A stretch of 32,000 nucleotides of DNA from Aliivibrio fischeri ES114. GTDB lineage: Bacteria > Pseudomonadota > Gammaproteobacteria > Enterobacterales > Vibrionaceae. The stretch lies in the NCBI RefSeq assembly GCF_000011805.1, contig NC_006842.1; one strand, 5' to 3'. Shown piece after piece: positions 23,044-31,620 of the stretch (positions are counted from its first letter, which is position 1; the number at the start of each line of letters is the position of its first letter). Made by a program: the position numbers and the translations under genes. The notes beneath the pieces are model-generated. The model was not told the origin of the DNA, did no database searches, and saw only the letters and a list, made by a program, of their open reading frames with translations.

Positions 23044-23466
23044 ATGAAAATGAAGAAAACACTCTTAGCTACCGTATTATTCGGATGCGTATTAAGCGGC
23101 TCAGTATTTGCGGAAAAAGTAACGTATGACAAAGCCGTTGCCGATGCACAAGCTTACCACGACTCATTACCTCAGTATGAAAACGCTATTGAGGGTTTAG
23201 GGCCAGATGAAACGGGTAGCACAACCGCTGGTGCAAACCAGATGGGGAAATGGGTAAATCTTGGTGCATCCAGCATAAAAAGCGCGGGAGCTTATACCAC
23301 TATGCTTGCACCTAGTGCCATTGGTAAATCCTGTATAAAAGGGGACAGAGGATGGATCTCCAAAACACGCGAAGAATGTATTATTTTTAATGGTGGTAGC
23401 ACATCATGTAGAAAATACCGAACGGAGCTAGACGCTGAAAACGGTTACAAAGCGGAATGCCGCTAA
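23044..23466 (+). CDS. Secreted Cys-containing protein, last gene of the pil operon
   Basis: ORF track 23014..23466. The start is moved to MKMKK after AAGGAAAG. Signal peptide ...SGSVFA/EK. 4 Cys in the mature part. Confidence 0.55.
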   Translation: MKMKKTLLATVLFGCVLSGSVFAEKVTYDKAVADAQAYHDSLPQYENAIEGLGPDETGSTTAGANQMGKWVNLGASSIKSAGAYTTMLAPSAIGKSCIKGDRGWISKTREECIIFNGGSTSCRKYRTELDAENGYKAECR

Positions 23467-23483
23467 TAACTAATAGTTAATTT

Positions 23484-23508
23484 AAGGAGGAGTTACTCCT
23501 CCTTTTTG
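23484..23508 (+). terminator. Rho-independent terminator ending the pil operon
   Basis: aaggaggag / ctcctcctt (9-bp perfect stem, loop tta), followed by ttt. Confidence 0.8.
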
Positions 23509-23638
23509 GTATATAACATTTGATCATAAACACCCTTTTCTTAGACCAAAAGATCATATTTAATTTAAATAAAAAACAGATACTTAAGTTATTTTTAATA
23601 GTATAATCAAACCTATAAATTGAATAGGAATTATAACA

Positions 23639-24670
23639 ATGAAAATCAAAAATATTGCGTTACTTATGGCTGGGTTATCCTTTAATGCACTGGCTATTGA
23701 AAACGGCACATCGGTGAATTGGAATAACTACGATGACATGGTCAAACTGTATTCTACTGATAACGCCCAAACTTGCTCAGGCACACTGATTGCAGGTAAA
23801 TACCTTTTGACTGCTGCGCACTGCTTAGTGCAAGACAACCCAACAACAAAAGTAAAATCAACTTGGGGGCAGCAATACACCGTCATTACTGACAATACGC
23901 ACCCTGATTATGATGTATTTAATGGTAATTGGCATGACGTGGCAATTTCTGAATTAAACCAATCAATTGATGCAAAAACTGTTCATTTCTTTGCTGATTT
24001 AACCAAAGATACGGTTAAAGAAAATGACGCATTGCGTGTTTTTGGCTTTGGTGCAACGGGCGAACAACTTAATTACGCATCATTAACTATGATTAATGAA
24101 GTTGGTGGGCCGCAAGACCGCTTAGATGGTAAAGTCATTACCAACGGTGCTGGTGATATTACTGGAGGCAATACCATTGGTGGTGATTCAGGCGGTGCAT
24201 GGCTAAATAAAAATAATACTATTGTCGCCACTCACAAAGGCGGAGATTGGTTAAACTCTGTTAGAGAAACCTACTCAACCAACTTGCATTACAGCAAACA
24301 ATTTATTTTAGATACGGTCAATGGTTGGCATTACCCAACGCTGGCGAATACTTCTAATGGCACCGCAACCATTACCGTTCAATCACTGCACGTAAACCCA
24401 ACAGTGGATACGGCTTACACCTCTGGTGATGCAACTATTACTGGCGGTACTTGTACAACAATGAGCTCGGTATCTGCATTTAAAACGTGTACTTATGAAA
24501 TCGAAAGCCAAGGCGGTATCGGTGCACTTCACTTAACGGATAATGAAACTATCTCAATCAATAAACCAACACCAACGCCTGAAACCTCTGGCGGTGGAGA
24601 AGAAGGCGGTAGTCTTGGATTCTTATCCCTAATCGGATTACTTGGCCTTGGTGTCATCAGAAGAAAATAG
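23639..24670 (+). CDS. Trypsin-like (S1) serine protease with a GlyGly-CTERM sorting domain (VesB-like)
   Basis: Signal peptide. TAAHC (His), DVAI (Asp), GGDSGGAW (Ser). The C-terminus SGGGEEGGSLGFLSLIGLLGLGVIRRK matches the GlyGly-CTERM pattern. Confidence 0.9.
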   Translation: MKIKNIALLMAGLSFNALAIENGTSVNWNNYDDMVKLYSTDNAQTCSGTLIAGKYLLTAAHCLVQDNPTTKVKSTWGQQYTVITDNTHPDYDVFNGNWHDVAISELNQSIDAKTVHFFADLTKDTVKENDALRVFGFGATGEQLNYASLTMINEVGGPQDRLDGKVITNGAGDITGGNTIGGDSGGAWLNKNNTIVATHKGGDWLNSVRETYSTNLHYSKQFILDTVNGWHYPTLANTSNGTATITVQSLHVNPTVDTAYTSGDATITGGTCTTMSSVSAFKTCTYEIESQGGIGALHLTDNETISINKPTPTPETSGGGEEGGSLGFLSLIGLLGLGVIRRK

Positions 24671-24866
24671 AATGAAACCACAACGAGGTAAAGAAAGACC
24701 CTTTATCGCATTGGAAATGACAGCAAAGCATGAGAAATACGGATTTACCTCATTGGAAACATTATCAACATGGAACTCAAAGATAAGCAAAAACAAAGAG
24801 ACTCATTTCACTTGTAAAAAAGAATCGACGTTGATTATCCCAAAATAAACAACACCGCTACCCAAT

Positions 24867-24897
24867 AAAAAGCAGACCTAATCGGTTTGCTTTTTTT
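24867..24897 (+). terminator. Rho-independent terminator
   Basis: aaaaagcagacc / ggtttgcttttt (one G-T pair), followed by a T-run. Confidence 0.7.
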
Positions 24898-24929
24898 ATT
24901 CCTGTTATTTACTCAATTGGATCACACTT

Positions 24930-25562
24930 ATGCTACTTCTTTTTTTAGAGCTGATATCTATTCCTATCATGTTGATAGCAATGTTCTTTTCCATTTATAT
25001 TATTCAAACCACACCATCAACCATTCATAATTTAAATCATCGATACCAAAAAACAGGAGGCATTGGTATTGCAATAATATGCACAACTCTACTTGGTTTA
25101 CCTGAGCCCAATTATTTATTGTATGGCCTTATTATCGGATTTTTGATTTTCCATTTTTTCTATGGGTTTAGTGTTACCTCCACGCGCACACAATCACTGG
25201 TTATCGTTCCATCGTTACTGAATAAACATCAAGTACAAGTTCATTTAGCTACCCTGTCACAACCATTTACTCGTAACGTGTATAACGATTTATTCTTAGT
25301 CATAGAAGAACTGAAAGCCACGAATGTTCGCACCGTGATATTAGTATCACCGATGTTTTCTAAAAAGACAGAATTACGAAATACCTTATTCTTTGAATCC
25401 ATATTGAAAAAACGAAACATTGCCTTAGAAAGTCATCCTGTTGCGTTCTACACAAAACCTTGGTCATGCTTCCTATTAGGCATTCAAAAATACCTATTAC
25501 AAATACCTAGTATCCAATCCTTGCCATTAACACGCTGGCATAAATACACACTGCACATTTAA
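24930..25562 (+). CDS. Membrane protein (3 N-terminal TM plus ~120-aa soluble domain), unknown function
   Basis: 210-aa ORF in an AT-rich context. No obvious SD. No family recognised. Confidence 0.45.
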   Translation: MLLLFLELISIPIMLIAMFFSIYIIQTTPSTIHNLNHRYQKTGGIGIAIICTTLLGLPEPNYLLYGLIIGFLIFHFFYGFSVTSTRTQSLVIVPSLLNKHQVQVHLATLSQPFTRNVYNDLFLVIEELKATNVRTVILVSPMFSKKTELRNTLFFESILKKRNIALESHPVAFYTKPWSCFLLGIQKYLLQIPSIQSLPLTRWHKYTLHI

Positions 25563-25672
25563 ACCTAACACGCCAAATCACGATTATCAGAATGATAATT
25601 GGGAATTGGGGTGCAACAAAGCGAAGCGACGTTAGTTCTCTTCAACCATCTTAAAGTAAAGGAAATATTTTT

Positions 25673-25981
25673 ATGAACACGACAGTTTCATACACTTCAT
25701 CACGGCCATTATTTATCATTTTATGTTTAGTAGTGTTGGTTTTTGCTCTTTTCCCTGAGTTAGCTCATGCTTCTGGTGGATTAAACAAAGTTAATGATTT
25801 TATGGAAGACTTAGCGAAAATTTTACGTGGTGCGTCCATCGTGACTGTAACCGTAGCCCTTATGTGGATAGGTTATAAATATCAATTCACTGATTGGGAT
25901 ATTCGAGAGTTTGGAAGAATACTCATGGGTGCGCTGTTAATCGGTGGTGCTGCTGAGATTGCTCGTTACTTTGTATCATAA
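25673..25981 (+). CDS. virB2: VirB2/TrbC-family T4SS pilin
   Basis: 102 aa. Long signal peptide ...ELAHA/SGG and two hydrophobic helices. Sits immediately upstream of virB3-virB4. Confidence 0.75.
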   Translation: MNTTVSYTSSRPLFIILCLVVLVFALFPELAHASGGLNKVNDFMEDLAKILRGASIVTVTVALMWIGYKYQFTDWDIREFGRILMGALLIGGAAEIARYFVS

Positions 25982-25992
25982 GGAGAGTAACC

Positions 25993-26295
25993 ATGTCTGA
26001 GCCGATATTTAAAGCCTGTACTCGCCCCTCAATGCTGTTTTCAGTCCCATTAGTACCGTTAATGCTCTCTAATGCCATTATCTTTTTAGTTGGCATGTGG
26101 GCGAACTACTTTGGTCTTGGACTGTGGCTCTTTATTCTTACTATTCCGAACTACTTAACTTTACGGTTTATCACCAAATTGGATGATGCCAATCTCAGTC
26201 TGTTAGGACTGAGATTTAAATGTCGTCGAATGAATCGTAATCGTTCTTTTTATGGGGCGACGGTATATAGCCCTTTACCATTTAAAAAGAGATAA
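25993..26295 (+). CDS. virB3: VirB3-family protein
   Basis: 100 aa. Contains KACTRPSMLFSVP. Two TM. Synteny. Confidence 0.8.
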   Translation: MSEPIFKACTRPSMLFSVPLVPLMLSNAIIFLVGMWANYFGLGLWLFILTIPNYLTLRFITKLDDANLSLLGLRFKCRRMNRNRSFYGATVYSPLPFKKR

Positions 26296-26298
26296 ACC

Positions 26299-28752
26299 AT
26301 GAAACCCACAAAATACGCAACGGCCATCAATCAAGAAGTATCACTTGCACACTACATCCCATACTCAAGTCATTTAACTGATTCGATATTGATCACCACC
26401 GATGGTGATTTGCTGCAAATGTTCCGACTCAGTGGTGTTGCTTTTGAAACAAAAGACAATGAAGAATTATCATTGTTACACCAACGCCTCAACACGCTAT
26501 ATAAAGGCTTATCAGAATCCGATGTCAGTTTATGGACTCACGTCATCCGTCGTAAAGTAAAACACACCATTAACGGTGAGTTTAACCAACACTTTGCAGC
26601 GCATTTTGATGCGGTATATAACGCGCAGTTTGGCGAAGAAATCATGACCAATGAGTTTTACGTCACGGTCATACAGCGTTCAACCGATAGACTCAAAAAG
26701 CTCAATCGTAATATTGACGCGATTAAAGCACGTTTAGTTGAGCGTATTGATGCTTTTACTGAAGTGACCGATTTAATAAAAAATAACTTAGAAAGTTATC
26801 ATCCAACATCACTGACCTGTAAAACCAATCAGCAAGGTACTGTTCTCTCTGAGCCATTAACCGTATTAAATTACTTATTGACCCACGAATGGGTCAACGT
26901 TCATAAACCAACGGGCGAAATTAAACACGCCATTGGTAATGCTTGGATAAAAATTGGCTCAGATACCATTGAGCTAAACTCAGTATCTAGTACGCATTAT
27001 GCACAAGGGATCGATATTAAAGAGTACGCTTCTCGCTCTTATAACGGATTGCTCAACGGATTACTTTATAGTGAGTTTGAATTTGTGCTCACTCAATCCT
27101 TTAGCTTATATCCACGAAAGATAGCTGCAAAGTTCATTAAGACTCAAAAAAGAAGAGGCAAAAGCTCAGGGGATGGAGCGATTACTCAGATACAAGATTT
27201 AGATCAAGCATCAAATGATTTACTCGATGGTCACTTTGCAATGGGGGAATATCATTTCTCATTACTTGTGTTTGGTGATTCCATTGATAACGTTCGTCAA
27301 TATCGTAGTGAAGCTCAAAAAAGTTTATCTCACTCAGAGTTACTTTGTGTTCCAATCAAAATCGCTACCGATGCGGCGTTCTTTGCTCAACTCCCTGCCA
27401 ATTGGGGGTATCGTCCTCGCGTGGTTGGTCTAACGAGCCGAAACTTCGCCAGTTTCTCACCTTTCCACAATTTTTTAATTGGGAAAAAAGAAGGGAATCC
27501 TTGGGGCGATGCGGTCACTCGTTTAAAAACCCTATCGGGACACCCTTTCTATTTTAATTTTCATTACACCCTCACAGGTGATGATAATTTTAATGAAAAA
27601 GTGGCTGGTAACACCCGAATGATAGGCATGACAGGAACGGGAAAAACCGTTGCTCTTGGCCTACTCTATTGCCAAGCTCAAAAATACGCACAACACAGCC
27701 CGTTTAGTACGGTATTTTTTGATAAAGATCGTGGTGCAGAAGTCATGATACGAGCACTTGGTGGTAACTACCTACGAGTGCAAAATGGCAAACAAACAGG
27801 GTTTAACCCTCTTCAGATGAACCCAACCCCACAGAATATTTCGTTTCTAAAACGTTGGGTTCGCCAGTTAGTAGAGTCAAAACAACATCCTCTAACAACG
27901 TTAGATGAACGCAGTATCAGCCAAGCGGTAGACACCGTAATGAGAATGGAAAAACCATTACGTCGATTAACCTTAATTAATCAAAACATTGCGGTTGGAA
28001 CCAGCAAAGAAGAGAGAGAAAACAGCATAAAAGCGCGGTTAGATAAATGGTGTCAAGGCGGTGAATTTGCATGGGTGTTCGATAATGATGTAGATCTACT
28101 CGATTTCAATTCAGCAACCAACATCGGCATCGATGGCACTGAGTTTCTTGATAATCACGATATTCGTACTCCCATTTGTTTATACCTACTGCATAGAATG
28201 GATGAAGTCATTGATGGCCGTCGATTCTTTTATGTCATGGATGAAGCGTGGAAATGGGTTAACGATGACGCTTTTTCTGACTTTGTCGGAAACAAACAAC
28301 TGACGATACGAAAACAAAATGGGTTTGGTGTCTTTGCGACACAATTACCCTCTTCTCTGCTTGGCTCACCTCAAGGTGCAGCGTTAATCGAATCATGCTC
28401 AACTGAGATTTATTTACCGAATCCAAAAGCAAAGCATGACGAATACGTAACTGACCTTGGATTATCTGAAAAAGAGTTTTCTATCCTAAAAGAGTTTGGA
28501 GAAAAAAGCCGTTTATGCCTGATAAAACAAGGCAATCAATCAGCTATCTGCTCACTCACAATGCCTGGTATGAGTAATGAATTAACTCTCCTTTCTGCAA
28601 GCTCTGACGAGCTGCCTCTCTTTGATGAATCAATCAAAGAAGTGGGAGAAAATCCTATCGATTGGATCCCAATTTTTCTGCAAAAAGTTCGAGAAGAAAA
28701 AGAACGTAAACAAGGAGTTCGTAATGAACAACATCACCCTATTGTGTCTTAG
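26299..28752 (+). CDS. virB4: VirB4 T4SS ATPase
   Basis: 817 aa. Walker A GMTGTGKT and Walker B FFYVMDEAW. Confidence 0.95.
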   Translation: MKPTKYATAINQEVSLAHYIPYSSHLTDSILITTDGDLLQMFRLSGVAFETKDNEELSLLHQRLNTLYKGLSESDVSLWTHVIRRKVKHTINGEFNQHFAAHFDAVYNAQFGEEIMTNEFYVTVIQRSTDRLKKLNRNIDAIKARLVERIDAFTEVTDLIKNNLESYHPTSLTCKTNQQGTVLSEPLTVLNYLLTHEWVNVHKPTGEIKHAIGNAWIKIGSDTIELNSVSSTHYAQGIDIKEYASRSYNGLLNGLLYSEFEFVLTQSFSLYPRKIAAKFIKTQKRRGKSSGDGAITQIQDLDQASNDLLDGHFAMGEYHFSLLVFGDSIDNVRQYRSEAQKSLSHSELLCVPIKIATDAAFFAQLPANWGYRPRVVGLTSRNFASFSPFHNFLIGKKEGNPWGDAVTRLKTLSGHPFYFNFHYTLTGDDNFNEKVAGNTRMIGMTGTGKTVALGLLYCQAQKYAQHSPFSTVFFDKDRGAEVMIRALGGNYLRVQNGKQTGFNPLQMNPTPQNISFLKRWVRQLVESKQHPLTTLDERSISQAVDTVMRMEKPLRRLTLINQNIAVGTSKEERENSIKARLDKWCQGGEFAWVFDNDVDLLDFNSATNIGIDGTEFLDNHDIRTPICLYLLHRMDEVIDGRRFFYVMDEAWKWVNDDAFSDFVGNKQLTIRKQNGFGVFATQLPSSLLGSPQGAALIESCSTEIYLPNPKAKHDEYVTDLGLSEKEFSILKEFGEKSRLCLIKQGNQSAICSLTMPGMSNELTLLSASSDELPLFDESIKEVGENPIDWIPIFLQKVREEKERKQGVRNEQHHPIVS

Positions 28753-28846
28753 CCTTTTATTATTAAGCGGCTGCTCTAGCGTCTCACCACACGCTCAACC
28801 ATCCTATCAACAAGCTCCGATTGAGGTGATTAATGATGCTCAATAA
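28724..28846 (+). CDS. 40-aa lipoprotein (VirB7-like by size and position)
   Basis: AAGGAG SD. MNNITLLCLSLLLLSGCSS lipobox. Overlaps the virB4 end and the virB8 start. Confidence 0.55.
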   Translation: MNNITLLCLSLLLLSGCSSVSPHAQPSYQQAPIEVINDAQ

Positions 28847-29516
28847 AAAAGAACAAGCCGCTTTATTTGAAGGCTCTGAGGCTCTGGATTTTGAAGCATC
28901 AAAAATGTTAATGGTCGCTAAATCAGAGAATCGAGCGTGGAACATAGCAAAAGGCGCATGTGCTCTCACGTTTTTATCATGGTTAGCTTTGATCTTTCTT
29001 ATGCCACTAAAAACGGTTGTGCCTTACGTCGCAATGGTGAATGAAACCACAGGTCATACACAATTACTGACAACCATCACCGAAGAGACCATTAGCAAAC
29101 AAGATGCCCTTGATGCTTATTGGGTGGCCTACTACGTGCGTAATCATGAAACTTATGATTGGTACACCATTCAAGACAGTTATGACAACACACTGTTACT
29201 TTCTAGTGACGAGGTTGGCCGTGATTATGCTGGACTCTTTGAAGGCAATAATGCCCTTGATTCGGTATGGGGTAAACGAGTGAAAGCTCAGGTTCGTTTA
29301 CTCAGTAAACCTATCATCAAGAATAACATTGCTACGGTACGATTTGAAAAAACCATTAAATCCGTCGATGACACAGGAAAAGGACAACCGACGGTATGGA
29401 TAGCAACACTTGCTTATCAATACAAATCAGACCCACTAACAGAAGAAGAACGCCTTAAAAATCCATTAGGATTTCAGGTGGTCAGTTATCGATTAGATCC
29501 CGAACTTATGGAATAG
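28833..29516 (+). CDS. virB8: VirB8
   Basis: 227 aa with an N-terminal TM. Periplasmic domain contains DAYWVAYYVRNHETYDW. Confidence 0.85.
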   Translation: MMLNKKEQAALFEGSEALDFEASKMLMVAKSENRAWNIAKGACALTFLSWLALIFLMPLKTVVPYVAMVNETTGHTQLLTTITEETISKQDALDAYWVAYYVRNHETYDWYTIQDSYDNTLLLSSDEVGRDYAGLFEGNNALDSVWGKRVKAQVRLLSKPIIKNNIATVRFEKTIKSVDDTGKGQPTVWIATLAYQYKSDPLTEEERLKNPLGFQVVSYRLDPELME

Positions 29517-29522
29517 AATAAT

Positions 29523-30431
29523 ATGAAAGCCTCGATTTGGTTATTAAGCTGTTTTGTTTTTACCCCTTGTTTTGCTCTAAACATCCCCGTTCAATCTCCC
29601 CTAGACTCCAACATTCAATACTCAACTTATCAAGCTAATAACGTGGTCGAAGTTACCGCTTACATCGGTATGGCTTCACATATTGTGTTTGATAAATCAG
29701 AAAAAATTGAATTGGTTCAATCTGGTTTTTCAGAAGGATGGGAATTTATTAAAAATGGAAATCATCTTTTTATCAAAGCGCGTTCAGTGCCAAGCACTGA
29801 AACGATCACCGATCATTTAGGTAACGTGACCACAAAAGAGATCTTCATTACTCCGTCGAAAGAATGGGAGACCAACTTAATTGTGGTTACAAGTAAACGC
29901 AATTACACCTTCCTTCTTACGTTAGGAAAAGGGGATAAAGGACGCAGACAAAACACCTACCGTTTGTCGTTTCAGTATCCAGAAGAGAAAGCCGTTCAAG
30001 ATAAGATTGTCGCGGATATTGCCGTTGAAAAAACAAAACTGGCTAAAGCCAAAATCGATACTCACTCTGAGCCTGAGATCAGAAACTGGAAATACGTACA
30101 ACAGGTCGGCAAAAATTCCAGAAACATAGCCCCGTATCGAGCATGGGATAATGGTCGCTTTACCTATTTATCATTCAAAAAGAATAGCGAGATACCGGCT
30201 ATTTTTATGGTATCTGAAACGGGACAAGAAACCCTTGTCAATATCAACATTGATATTAACGATCCTGATACGGTCATCATCCAACGTATTGCAAAACAAT
30301 TTGTATTACGCCTTGATGATTCCGTTGTCGGTATCACCAACAAAGGATTCAATACGTTAAACGTCAACAATGATACGGGTAGCACCATTAAGAACGTGGT
30401 CAGAGAAGTAAAAGGAGTGGATACACCATGA
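29523..30431 (+). CDS. virB9: VirB9
   Basis: Signal peptide. 302 aa. Typical N-terminal pattern and synteny. Confidence 0.8.
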   Translation: MKASIWLLSCFVFTPCFALNIPVQSPLDSNIQYSTYQANNVVEVTAYIGMASHIVFDKSEKIELVQSGFSEGWEFIKNGNHLFIKARSVPSTETITDHLGNVTTKEIFITPSKEWETNLIVVTSKRNYTFLLTLGKGDKGRRQNTYRLSFQYPEEKAVQDKIVADIAVEKTKLAKAKIDTHSEPEIRNWKYVQQVGKNSRNIAPYRAWDNGRFTYLSFKKNSEIPAIFMVSETGQETLVNINIDINDPDTVIIQRIAKQFVLRLDDSVVGITNKGFNTLNVNNDTGSTIKNVVREVKGVDTP

Positions 30432-31618
30432 CAATTGAGCATTTAGAAGGTGAAGCACTTTCTATCCCAAGTACAAACTCAAATCAAAGAGATAAGAAAC
30501 ACGTTCTTCTCTTTTTGATTATTTGTGGTTTTATCTTAAGTTGTTTGATTTGGTTTATCTTTTTCAATTCTAGTGACAAAGAAAGCGTATCAGCACCAAC
30601 GCAACCAAGTATCAATACATCCACTCATAAAGCGTCAACACCTCAATCAAATAAAACATTTGAGTGGAAACCATCTGAGCCATCACAACCTGAGCAAAAG
30701 GACGTTGAAGATACGAGCACAGAAACAAAGGAAAAGATTGTTGATACACCGCCCGTAGCTCCTGTATCGCAACCTTTACCACCAAACGGCCAACTAAATA
30801 GTTATACGCCAAAACGAACCGTTGCACAGATAGACAAAAGCAAATCATCAATGTCTTCTGGCTCTCAAGGCTCAGAAAACGGATTGCAATTAACACCACC
30901 ATACCCAACGTATCCAAGCGTTCCGACCACTGGCACACCATCGTCATTTTTCAATACTCAAGAAAATGACAATGAAAGCAACAACAGTCAAAGGATCACT
31001 TCGTTATTAAACACCAGTAAAACTGAAAATTCCGTTGCCGCCGTTTTATACAACCGTGATTACTTACTGGCAAAAGGGGCGTACATAGATTGCGTTCTTA
31101 ATACCAGTATGAACTCTACCGTTGCAGGGATGACAAAATGCACCTTGACTCGTGATATTTACAGCGATAACGGTAACACCTTATTGATCGAGCGTGGCTC
31201 AGAAGTCACAGGGGAATATCGAGCTAACCTATCACAAGGACAAGCAAGGCTGTTTGTTCTATGGGATAGAGTAAAAACCCCTCACGGTGTCATTGTTGAT
31301 TTGGCATCACCAGCAACCGACAGTTTAGGTGCAGGAGGCGTGAACGGTTACGTTGATACGCATTTCTGGGAGCGATTCGGTGGCGCCATGATGTTATCTC
31401 TTGTTGACGATCTGGCTGGATACATGGCAACGAATGGCGGAAAAAGCATTAACAACTTTGAAAACTCCTCCAATGCTGCGCAAGATATGGCAGCAGAGGC
31501 ATTAAAAAACACCATCAATATTCCACCGACGTTCTACAAAAACCAAGGTGAGCGTATCGGCATTTTCATTGCTCGTGATATTGATTTCTCCAAGGTCTAC
31601 CGCTTAAAGGTTCAATGA
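30428..31618 (+). CDS. virB10: VirB10/TrbI
   Basis: N-terminal TM, Pro-rich linker, and a C-terminal TrbI-like domain (LFVLWDRVKTPHGVIVDLASPATDSLGAGGVNGYVDTHFWERFG). Confidence 0.9.
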   Translation: MTIEHLEGEALSIPSTNSNQRDKKHVLLFLIICGFILSCLIWFIFFNSSDKESVSAPTQPSINTSTHKASTPQSNKTFEWKPSEPSQPEQKDVEDTSTETKEKIVDTPPVAPVSQPLPPNGQLNSYTPKRTVAQIDKSKSSMSSGSQGSENGLQLTPPYPTYPSVPTTGTPSSFFNTQENDNESNNSQRITSLLNTSKTENSVAAVLYNRDYLLAKGAYIDCVLNTSMNSTVAGMTKCTLTRDIYSDNGNTLLIERGSEVTGEYRANLSQGQARLFVLWDRVKTPHGVIVDLASPATDSLGAGGVNGYVDTHFWERFGGAMMLSLVDDLAGYMATNGGKSINNFENSSNAAQDMAAEALKNTINIPPTFYKNQGERIGIFIARDIDFSKVYRLKVQ

Positions 31619-31620
31619 AT

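Noticed and set aside
22074-23640. Shufflon (multiple inverted sfx repeats, alternative PilV C-termini)
   Set aside because: No repeated 19-bp-type inverted repeats, no alternative C-terminal segments and no rci recombinase are visible downstream of pilV.
24642-24848. 68-aa ORF (or its shorter MKPQRGKE form from 24672) after the protease gene
   Set aside because: It overlaps the protease 3' end, has no convincing SD and no recognisable features. It is followed by a terminator that is equally well explained as the protease terminator. Kept only as a weak possibility.
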